Assembly (NCBI GenBank): GCA_051362555.1
Contig: CM120643.1
Location: 13,552,644 to 13,616,643 of the forward strand
Length of the DNA stretch: 64,000 bases
Direction of reading: 5' to 3'
Origin: Lingula anatina
Lineage: Eukaryota; Animalia; Brachiopoda
Shown: in pieces, positions 46,772 to 56,517 of the stretch
How the letters are laid out: every line of letters begins with the position of its first letter
How positions within the stretch are numbered: the stretch's first letter is position 1
The notes under the pieces: model-generated
Told to the model about the DNA's origin: nothing
The model's input: the letters and a program-made list of their open reading frames with translations, nothing else
Database searches by the model: none
Position numbers and translations under genes: made by a program

Positions 46772-47953
46772 AAAATTTTGCTCAGTGTGGGGGAGGTCGC
46801 TGTTGTGCTCAGTGGGGGGATGGGGGAGCGACCACTCTCTCACCCCCCCCTCCCCTCCGCTGAGCAAAAATTTGGAATACATTTACAATCCCCATTATTC
46901 CGAAAGGCCTTATTTTCCCCCCTGAGCAGTGCAGCTTACTCCCTTTCCTTCCTCTCCCCATCAGCTTTTACAAACATATTTTTTCATCTTCACTGGTGTA
47001 AGAATTACATTTCACTCACATATAATTATAACAAATTAATAAAATAATCAATGCTAATATTTATAAAATAGTCGTTAAATTAATGATGAAAAAACTGCAG
47101 AATGGATTTACATGTATAAAATATCTATATAAAATATCATTAAAAAATATCCTGTGCATAAATAAGTATTTACATAAGTGACACACATTCCTCTGCCATT
47201 CAGATGGGATTTTAAGTTTTAAGCTGTAAAATTTACAGATAGGCCAGACAAAGTTGTCAAGTTGATCCGCGTGCACTGAATCTCTGCATGGATAGAATAA
47301 CCAAAACTGCAAAACTGGTTATTTTGTCCATGCTTTCTGCAATAAGTACGGCAAGTGATTTTTTGTTGTTTCTGTTTTTAAATACTCACTAAACCTTTGA
47401 CCAATTCATTTTTTTTTTTACTTTTTAATTTAAAAAATGAAATTATTAAAAAATATACATGTAGAAAATTCTGATTTCCTCAGAGACAAAGAAGGTTGAG
47501 CTTAGTAAGCACCTTTGTAATTTTGTCTAGCCTAATTACTGGAAATTTTTAAAACTTCACTTTGACTTATTTCAAAAATTATCATTTACAATTGCAAAAA
47601 ATTATTTACAGAAGAAAATATTTTAGTGAAAAATTATAAACAAGGCATACAAACTACAGTAAGTGTATGAGATCCATCCCTGTAATAAACTGACAAACCA
47701 CAAATATCTATTTTGTAATGTCTTTTATCTTTGTTTAACATACAAACATTTAAGTACTATCATAACACTAACTCCTACAAATTTTATGTAAATCTTGTCA
47801 TATACTTGTTATATTACAAGTATTATTACATGGTCATGCTTTCTTAGTCTAGAAATTTAATCATTATACAAATTTATTACAATTTAAAATAAAACAAAAA
47901 GACTGAAAATCAGGTTACCAATAAATGAAATCTACATGCAGGCAACATAAAGA

Positions 47954-48230
47954 AAAACAAGGTAGCAAAACTGTCAAATTGTGCAGACATACTTAATGTT
48001 TTGACAAGATGGTACACAAAAATTTCTTTTCATTAACCATGAATTGATATTACATAATACCACTCACAGAAAAATAATAATACTTAACAAAATAATCCCC
48101 GCCAATTTTAATTTCTCACTTCTGTTTATGTGGATATTCATGAAAACTACCACTGTGACAGTGTTTCTGCTCCAGGGGAGTTCAAAATCACAACTCAATA
48201 ATGTCAATGTCTGAAAAGTCAAAATTTCAA
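47954..48230 (-). mobile_element. Degenerate 3' fragment of the same HINE family as 44365-46190
   Basis: AACAAGGTAGCAAAACTGTCAAATTGTGCAGACA resembles the terminus at 44365, and the following sequence resembles 44740-44910. Confidence 0.5.
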
Positions 48231-48484
48231 AAATAATAAGAATAGAAAATATAATTATAATAAAAAATAACTTTTTAAAAAGATATCTAATGAGACTAGT
48301 TTACAAACTTAATAAGCTGTTATAGATAATCATTATCAATTTACATATCAATACATATTGAAAAAATATACAGTAGTAAATCTCCCAATGTTACTTTTAA
48401 ACTTCAAAAGTCTCCAGCTACAAGTTATCAATACAACTTGGAAATTCAGATGCTGATATTATGGAGAGCTACTGGTAGTCAACA

Positions 48485-51100
48485 CTAACACATCTCTTCT
48501 ACTCTAATAAGGAGCACTTTGCAGGTCTGTCTTAATTTCACATCATTAGTTACTTCTGAATTCTGTTTCAGGAAGTACACATCTTTTGAATTTGCCATTT
48601 CAGTTCTATCTTTACCATCTAAATCTACTTTTTCATAGCTTTGGGAATCATCTGAATCACTCCTCGACTTTTCATCCGGACAAAAATTGTTGGTAGTATC
48701 TTCCTCTGTCTCTGTCTCTGAGTCAATCTCCACATAGCTTGTCAATTTCTGAGCTTTCCTTTTCAGACCTCTAGAGGTTTCTCTCCTAGTAAATGTAGAT
48801 TTTCTGCCACTGCCTGTCGAAGTGTCAGAATCACTCTCTGAGTCAGTCATGATCACACAGTCATCTGAATCTGAATTGCTGTCTGAGTCTGTGTCTGTAT
48901 CACAATCACTGACACCCTTGCTGACATGCTTCCTTGGTCTCTTTAAAGCTGGTCTTTTCTTAGAATCCATATTGTTCTTTTGTTTTGATGTTCCACTTTT
49001 TCCATTCTTTTTCTTTCTAGCTTCTACCAAACACAATGATGGATCTGGTTTGTCTGGTTTCTCATGCCCTATTTCTGCGTGTCGACGGGTGTGCAGCTTC
49101 CAGTTGCTGTGATTTACAAAGCCTTTTCCACAGTATTCACACTCTTTTATCACTTTCCCTGTATGAACTCTAATATGTTTGTCCAGGTTGTCTTTTCTGG
49201 TAAATTCTCTGTCACACAAGTCACATGCATATAGTTTTATATCTAGATGACTTCTCATGTGTTGAATTTTGCCACTGCCAACAACGAAGTTGCCACAAAT
49301 ATCGCATAAAAACTTTTTTTGGTGATATCTATCGATGTGATTCTCCCAATTATAAAAGCCTAGGCCACATTCCTCGCACATTTCCTGCTCCACTGCATGG
49401 AAAATTTTCTTGTGCTTCTGCAAACTTTTTAGAGAAAGGAATGTTCTATCACATTTATCACATGGCTGTTGTTGTTCAGAATTGGAATGACACTGTGCTT
49501 TATGTTGCTTCAAATGATATCTCTTTTTATTTTTGTATCCACAGATTTCACACACATGCATAACCTGCACAGGGTGCTTCTCTTTCACGTGCTTGCGTAA
49601 AGATGGGAAGTTTTCAAACTTAAGATCACAGTGCTGGCAGGCTGCAACATAACGCAGATTATGGTCTTTACGCATGTGTTTGTAGTACTCAGTTCTGAAA
49701 AATCCTTTCCACCCACAAAGGTTGCAAGGAAACGGACAAACACCTGGGCCATGTTCGTGCCAATAATGTTCCTTCAAATCTGGGGTTGGAATAGACTTTT
49801 CACACACCATACAAACCGACTTCTTTCCTTCACCATGATGATCTGTTACATGTGACATGGCATTTAACGAACTTAGCTTACTGTAAGGAATGCCACAAGA
49901 ACACGCAAACTCTGAGCCTATTTCATGGGAAAAAACAGCATGTTTCTCAAGTTCTATTCCACCCCCGATCACTTTGTTACAGCTCTTACAATCAAAAAGA
50001 ATGCTGTACACACGTCCCTGATAAAGCTCGTTAAATTTGTATCCAATTACCACGGGTGTATCTTCTGACCCTGACTTCTCATGACAGTAGTTCATCTGGT
50101 ATCCAATAGCAGGATAGGATCTTACTGGGTATGGCATCAGATGAGGGTGATGGGGCCCTCTATAATTAAGATAAGGAAGGGCTGCTCGCCACCTTTGATA
50201 TTGCATAAAGCCACGCCGGGTCTGCATGGACAGGGAATATCTTGGTGTTTGCTGCATGGGATAGCATATAAATGCAGGAGGAAAATATGAAGTAAAGTTG
50301 TGATGATGAGCAGGAATGTTATGGGTGTTTTGACCAAAGTAATGGCCTGTCCAGTTGACTTGTGGCCTGACCATTGCAGATCCATGACTTGAGAACTTTG
50401 GCTCCACTTTTACAATTGATGACTGGTCTTGTATGCTGAAACAACATCCATTCCCTTGTTCAGGGTCAGTTTTAATGTTTGATATAAAATCTTTGCTTTC
50501 CACACAACAACAAAAAACCTTCATGTCTTGTTTTGCAGGAGGAGCATTCTCCTCATTTCCAGGATAATTGTAAAATCCACCGCACGCAGAACACAGGGGG
50601 CAAGCTGCTTCTTGTCCAGAGAATGAACCTACTGAGGGTGGACGTGTGAATTCTTTTGAATCTTGCACATGAGCAATGGGGATAGATGAATTTTTTCTGT
50701 CAATTGTAATACTTTGCTCAGGAGTACCAGCATAAACTGAATCATTAAGAGACTCCTGTTTAAATTCAGTTTTAATGTCCTGGCAGTTATGCACATGCAC
50801 AGATGTATCATCTCCTGGTTCAACTTTCAAGGCTGAAGAAATGGTTTCATTTCCACAACTATCTGATGAAGTTGCACTGCTCCAACTACTGCACTGTTCA
50901 TTGGGCTCTTCTTTTATTTCTGAGAATGTGCAGGGACCATCTACACAACAGATTTCTGTGTCTGGAGCTTTTGTCATCCCTTCTGGCAATCTGTTTGGTT
51001 CGTCGTTAAAGAGATGTCCATTGTGCCCAGGTTCAGTTTTAACACTAAATGTCTCCTCCAAATTGTATTTTGATTTGTCACTAGAAACTTCAGCTGCCAT
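48485..51100 (-). CDS. C2H2 zinc-finger protein, paralogue A (871 aa, single coding exon)
   Basis: Intact ORF with about 10-12 C2H2 fingers (e.g. CDLCDREFTRKDNLDKHIRVHTG, CEYCGKGFVNHSNWKLHTRRH). An acceptor (ttttaag) lies 11 nt upstream of the ATG, and a probable non-coding exon ends at 51659 (gtaacg). Confidence 0.92.
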   Translation of the reverse strand: MAAEVSSDKSKYNLEETFSVKTEPGHNGHLFNDEPNRLPEGMTKAPDTEICCVDGPCTFSEIKEEPNEQCSSWSSATSSDSCGNETISSALKVEPGDDTSVHVHNCQDIKTEFKQESLNDSVYAGTPEQSITIDRKNSSIPIAHVQDSKEFTRPPSVGSFSGQEAACPLCSACGGFYNYPGNEENAPPAKQDMKVFCCCVESKDFISNIKTDPEQGNGCCFSIQDQSSIVKVEPKFSSHGSAMVRPQVNWTGHYFGQNTHNIPAHHHNFTSYFPPAFICYPMQQTPRYSLSMQTRRGFMQYQRWRAALPYLNYRGPHHPHLMPYPVRSYPAIGYQMNYCHEKSGSEDTPVVIGYKFNELYQGRVYSILFDCKSCNKVIGGGIELEKHAVFSHEIGSEFACSCGIPYSKLSSLNAMSHVTDHHGEGKKSVCMVCEKSIPTPDLKEHYWHEHGPGVCPFPCNLCGWKGFFRTEYYKHMRKDHNLRYVAACQHCDLKFENFPSLRKHVKEKHPVQVMHVCEICGYKNKKRYHLKQHKAQCHSNSEQQQPCDKCDRTFLSLKSLQKHKKIFHAVEQEMCEECGLGFYNWENHIDRYHQKKFLCDICGNFVVGSGKIQHMRSHLDIKLYACDLCDREFTRKDNLDKHIRVHTGKVIKECEYCGKGFVNHSNWKLHTRRHAEIGHEKPDKPDPSLCLVEARKKKNGKSGTSKQKNNMDSKKRPALKRPRKHVSKGVSDCDTDTDSDSNSDSDDCVIMTDSESDSDTSTGSGRKSTFTRRETSRGLKRKAQKLTSYVEIDSETETEEDTTNNFCPDEKSRSDSDDSQSYEKVDLDGKDRTEMANSKDVYFLKQNSEVTNDVKLRQTCKVLLIRVEEMC

Positions 51101-51878
51101 TTTCCTTGGGTCTTAAAAGAGAACATAAATATAATGTCAGTGAAGTTGTTCTGATGCTACATGAAGTAAATTATCAAGAAAATACACCTAATTTGTGTTA
51201 CCTACAGTAGTAATGAAAATTCTGTGCGGTGATTAGACCTCTTTGTCCATAAAATCATTTGGCCCTGTGATGTTTGCAAAACCAGATTCAGATTTTCAAG
51301 CATGGTGACGCACAACAATGGATTTCTTTTCTATCACAGCCCTCTTCATCACATGCAAGCAATTGCTATTTATTCACTTTATATATTTTACCTTTTACAT
51401 ACAGGTTGACATTTGTACATTTACATATAATTCTTATGCAATGGTTTTCCTAACTATGTCTGCGAAAAAGTACAAGCACCATTAACGAAAGCGACTCTTT
51501 GTTCTCAACAAGTTGGAAAGATAATTACCCGACTTGTCATGTATTAAATGACCTACGGTAGTTTTTGACAATGAAGCTTTCAAAATAAATAATTTTAAGC
51601 CAAATATATAAATAATTTTAAGAGAAATAAAATAAAACAAGCCATTTAAAATCGTTACCTTTGCGTTTACGACTCTAAGAAGAGTGATAATGGCGCGTAG
51701 GCGTACGCTCTTGTCCGGGGACCCCGCCAAAACTGTTCTAATCCCTGACATCTACATGACAACAGTAAACTAAATAGTGACCGGTAACTCTTTTGAAGAA
51801 GGAGATTCTTTTATCACTAATAAATAAAAACCACTACACCACTCCGCGTCCTTCTGTCGTGTTCATGAAGCACTCAAC

Positions 51879-51933
<55 letters not shown>
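51879..51933. repeat. (ATT)n microsatellite between the divergent ZNF genes
   Basis: Seen directly. Confidence 0.95.
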
Positions 51934-52631
51934 GCATTTTGTTTGGCTTACTACCATACACCGACCCTCTTTTCTGTACCGGTAACCACTGAAACAAGAT
52001 GAATGCATTATCGATGTGTAGTTGTTTTCATCATTCTCGTACCTGAATCTCCTTCTTGTAAAGAGTGGCTATGTAAATAATGTAGGATTGTGCAATATTG
52101 GCGGGATCACCCTGGAGGGGGCTAACACTTGGGCGCCATTATCAAACCTCGTGATAAATACAAAGGTACACTTATTTTTACTCAATTCTTGTAAATTTTA
52201 TTTACATATATTTTATCTTATGTAAGTTAAGAAACCTTTTTTTTGCTAATTTAGAAGGCTTTGGGCGATACTGACGAGCACAGCTGGGACGAAGAAAACG
52301 TTATGTTCGTTCATGTCAAGAATTAGGACACTACTAGAGTATAGGGAGTGGTTTAATCTTCAGTCTTGAAGTCAGAAGATCTGGTTAATCTTGCACCGAT
52401 GGACACCTGTTGGCTCTGGGTTACGTGGTGCCACGGCGTGTAGTAGTCGTTTGCACTCTTAAATTTACAGTGAATTTGAGTTATGTACCTAGGATATATA
52501 TATATGCAGTATTAATAATCGCCCGCATTGTTACTTTCAAGTATTTTGCACCCCTTAGCAAAATAACATTACATGTACAACCAGCATCAATGCCCCCGCC
52601 TTGCATCTTTACACACGCCTCTCTTAATTTC

Positions 52632-52640
52632 TCTCTCTCA

Positions 52641-52690
<50 letters not shown>
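52632..52690. repeat. (CT)n(CA)n microsatellite
   Basis: Seen directly. Confidence 0.95.
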
Positions 52691-52692
<2 letters not shown>

Positions 52693-53545
52693 CTCCTTGC
52701 TGTCTTCTCACTTAGCACTTTGTTTGAAGCAGGTTCCTTAGTCTGACAGAGAAATTTATTGTTATAGCGCCTCATACAGCAGCTGGGCTGTATCCTCCCC
52801 GGGGAGGCAAGATCATCACAGTATGAAATGGCCAGCCATCAAACTGTTCTTATATTCAAGTTATATACAACATTATACCCCACTATTTATATATATGTTT
52901 GTAAGATTTTGTGAAGTATATTTCACATAATTGTACAATCCAACTACCAGTACCTTTGGTTGAAAATAAACATTGTTACTATTACTAACAATTAAGAGGT
53001 GGTTTATGTGCAAGAGATTTTTATATCTCACACTTTGTCCCCTTAAAAATTATGTTCTAAATGTCACATGTTTACTAGGGGAGAAATGTTGTGGGAGGAT
53101 ATGAGATACAGGAATAACATTGCAGGGATGAATAGAGATACTGAGTATACACTATGGACACTATTGGTCTTTGTGCTTAATGCAAGTAGATTAACTGAAT
53201 GACATATCACCTGTTGGCATTGTAAGGAATACAGAAAACTGGTGATAATATGAGAATGTTGGAAACAGAAGGGGTTGGTTAATCTGTAAAACTGATTTAT
53301 TCAGCGTGCGTTCCCTGTGGAGTTAGAAAAATCTAAGCACTCAGTAGACTGAAAGTGCCTATGGGATTTAGCCTTAATTTTGCTCCGAAGATTATCATTA
53401 ATTACTAAATAACACATATATATGTGTTTTAAATGTATACAGTTTTTTTGAAATGCTATTTCATAATAAGTTATCAGAGCAAGTTCACTGAAGCTAAATA
53501 TTTCTCTTTTCAGAGCCTATTGAATTGAGAAAGCAACTTTGGAAA

Positions 53546-55897
53546 ATGGCAGCTGAAGCTTTTAGTGACGTTGTATCAAATTACAAGCAGCATTCAGAAG
53601 CCTGTCTTTTAACTGGGAATTCAGAGCAGACATTTAGCATTAAAACTGAACCTGGACAGCTCTGTCCCAGTGAGACGAACGAATTGCCAGAGGGGATGAC
53701 AAAAGCTCCAGACACAGAAATCTGTTGTGTAGATGGTCCCTGCACATTCTCAGAGATAAAAGATGAGCCCAGCGAGCAGTGCAGTAGTTGGAGCGGTGCA
53801 ACTTCATCAGATAGTTGTGGAAATGAAACCATTTCTTCAGCCTTGAAAATTGAACCAGGTAATGATGCATCTCTTCATGTGCATAACTACCAGGACATTA
53901 AAACTGAATTTAAACAGGAGCCTCTTCATGATTCAGTTTATGCTGGTACTCCTGGGGCAAGTATTACAACTGACAAAAAAAATTCAGCTTTCCCCAATGA
54001 TCAAGTGCAAGATACCAAAACACTCACACATTCACCCTCCATGTGTTCATTCCCTGGGCAAGCAGCAAATCGCTACCTGTGTTCTTTTTGCGGTGGGTTT
54101 TACCATTTTCCTGAAAAAGGAGAAAATGTTCCTCTTGAGAATGCAATACCAGACCAGGAAGTTTGTAGTTGTTGTAAGGAGTCCAGACATCCTGGTCCAG
54201 ATATTAAAACTAACCCCGAGGAAGATGATACTAGTACATGTTGTTTCAGCATACAAGACCAGTCATCATCTGTTCAAACCGACCCAAAGTTCTCAAGCCA
54301 TGAATCTGAATTGGTCTCAAATTCTGAGAACAAACCTGTGGTGATTGGATACAAATTAAATGGGCTTTATCAGGGACGTTGGTACAGCATTCTTTATGAT
54401 TGTAAAAACTGTGATAAAATCATTGGGGGTAGGGATGAAATGCAGAAGCATGCTTTGTTTTCCCATGAAATAGGTACAGAGTTTTGGTGTGTTTGTGGTG
54501 AACCTATACCTTACCTGTCATCTGGAAATGGACTTTCATATCATGCAAGAGTTACTCATGGGATAGAATCATTGAAGCAGTTTACATGTACTTTGTGTGA
54601 AAAGTTAGTCCCAGAGTCTGATGTAAAAGCACATTATGAGGATGAACATGGCCCAGATGCTAGTCCATTTCCTTGTGGCCTTTGTGGTTGGAAGTTATTT
54701 CGAAAGTCCAATTATAACAAGCACATGCGGAAAGTTCACAGGCTGCGTTATGTTGAAAGTTGCCAAGATTGCGGCCAAAAGTTTGAAAGCTCTTTATCTT
54801 TACGTAAGCACATGAAAGAGAAACATGGCTCTCGCAGGCATGTGTGTGAAATCTGTGGATACACAACCAAAAGAAAAAGTATGATAGACAATCATAAAGT
54901 TATGCATCATTTCAAGTCTGAACAACAACCATGCGATAAATGTGATAAAGTATTCACTTCTTTAAAAAGTTTGCAGAGGCACAAAGAATGTTACCACGCA
55001 GTACACCAGGAAATGTGTAAGGAATGTGGCATATGTTATGATAATTGGGAAAATCATGTCTGTAGATATGAAGAAAAAAAGTTTTTGTGTGAAGTTTGCG
55101 GCAATTTCATTGTCAACTGTGGCAAAATTCAACATTTAAGGAGTCACTATAATGTAAAGCTATATGTATGTTACTTGTGTAACAGAGAATTTACCAGAAA
55201 GGACAACCTGGACAAACATATTAGAGTTCACACAGGGAAAATGATAAAAGATTGTGAATACTGTGGAAAAGGCTTTGTAAATCACAGCAACTGGAAGCTG
55301 CACACCCGTCGACACGCAGAAATAGGGCATGAGAAACCAGACAAACCAGATCCATCATTGTGTTTGGTAGAAGCTAGAAAGAGAAAGAATGGAAAAAGTG
55401 GAACATCGAAACAAAAGAACAATACAGATTCTAAGAAAAGACCAACTATAAAGAGACCAAGGAAGCATGTCAGCAAGGACGTCAGTGATTGTGATACAGA
55501 CAGCGAGTTAGATTCAGATGATTATATGAGTGACCCTGGGAGAGAGGTGGACACTTTGACAGGCAGTGGCAGAAAATCTACATTTACTAAGAGAGGATCC
55601 TCTAGAGGGCTGAAAAGGAAAGCTCAGAAATTGACAACCTATGTGGAGATCGACTCAGAGGCAGACTCTGAGGGAGATACTGCCAATAATTTTTGTCTGG
55701 AAGAAAAGTCAAAGACTGATGCTGACTGTTCCAATGTTGTTGAAAATGTGGATTTGGACAAGAAAGATGAAAAAGTTGTGTCAGATTCAAAAGAAGTGTA
55801 TTTCATTAAGCAGAATTCAGAAGTGACCAATGATGTCAAATTAAATCAGTCTTGTAAAGTGCACCTTATCAGACTAGAAGACATGGAAAAGCTGTAA
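53546..55897 (+). CDS. C2H2 zinc-finger protein, paralogue B (783 aa from the ATG)
   Basis: Intact ORF collinear with paralogue A (MAAE..., GMTKAPDTEICCVDGPCTFSEIK, same finger array and C-terminus). Acceptor ttttcag at 53513; first ATG at 53546. Confidence 0.92.
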   Translation: MAAEAFSDVVSNYKQHSEACLLTGNSEQTFSIKTEPGQLCPSETNELPEGMTKAPDTEICCVDGPCTFSEIKDEPSEQCSSWSGATSSDSCGNETISSALKIEPGNDASLHVHNYQDIKTEFKQEPLHDSVYAGTPGASITTDKKNSAFPNDQVQDTKTLTHSPSMCSFPGQAANRYLCSFCGGFYHFPEKGENVPLENAIPDQEVCSCCKESRHPGPDIKTNPEEDDTSTCCFSIQDQSSSVQTDPKFSSHESELVSNSENKPVVIGYKLNGLYQGRWYSILYDCKNCDKIIGGRDEMQKHALFSHEIGTEFWCVCGEPIPYLSSGNGLSYHARVTHGIESLKQFTCTLCEKLVPESDVKAHYEDEHGPDASPFPCGLCGWKLFRKSNYNKHMRKVHRLRYVESCQDCGQKFESSLSLRKHMKEKHGSRRHVCEICGYTTKRKSMIDNHKVMHHFKSEQQPCDKCDKVFTSLKSLQRHKECYHAVHQEMCKECGICYDNWENHVCRYEEKKFLCEVCGNFIVNCGKIQHLRSHYNVKLYVCYLCNREFTRKDNLDKHIRVHTGKMIKDCEYCGKGFVNHSNWKLHTRRHAEIGHEKPDKPDPSLCLVEARKRKNGKSGTSKQKNNTDSKKRPTIKRPRKHVSKDVSDCDTDSELDSDDYMSDPGREVDTLTGSGRKSTFTKRGSSRGLKRKAQKLTTYVEIDSEADSEGDTANNFCLEEKSKTDADCSNVVENVDLDKKDEKVVSDSKEVYFIKQNSEVTNDVKLNQSCKVHLIRLEDMEKL

Positions 55898-55908
55898 GAG
55901 ATCATATT

Positions 55909-56084
55909 CTGGGGTAGCGCTAGCAATTTTTATGACTAAGCCAAATCACCACTTTTTAATTTGTCAATTTGTTATCAAAATGGTAATAATTTGACTAAAA
56001 CAAGTCAATCAGGCCCTTTTTCTTTAGCCAATTTAAGTCAGTTTTAGCATTTGGCTAAATTGGCGAGTGTTAGTGCTACCCCAG
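55909..56084. mobile_element. Small MITE just after the ZNF-B stop codon
   Basis: CTGGGGTAGCGCTAGCA ... TGTTAGTGCTACCCCAG inverted termini, with ATATT repeated on both sides. Confidence 0.65.
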
Positions 56085-56517
56085 ATATTGTTAGTGTTGA
56101 CTACCTCTTCATAATAGCTGGATTTCTAAGTTAAACAGATGACTGTTCAAAGTCAAGTTACAGTTAAAATGCCTTTGTAAAAGTTTTAGTTGTACATATG
56201 AAGTTACATTGCAATATCAATTACACATAGTATTACATGTAGGCGCATGTTAGTCACCTATTGTGTTGCACATTCTGAGAGCAGAAAACGTAGCAAGACT
56301 GAGACTACTTTCACTCTTATTGTCAGTAGATGAGTTGAATTCGTGATAGTTCGACACATGATATACATGTATGTGAATTTAATATGGATTTTTATTTATT
56401 GGAATGGCAAGATTTTTATGGTCTTTGAAAGAATTAGCACTACCATCAAGTATTTAATCGACAAATAAATTGCACAAATTAATTATGTTAATACCCCAAT
56501 GATTTTAATATATGTAA

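Noticed and set aside
46772-46872. G/C-rich hairpin (AAATTTTGCTCAGTG...CGCTGAGCAAAAATTT) as a pre-miRNA
   Set aside because: Low-complexity G/C runs next to a MITE; more likely a transposon remnant.
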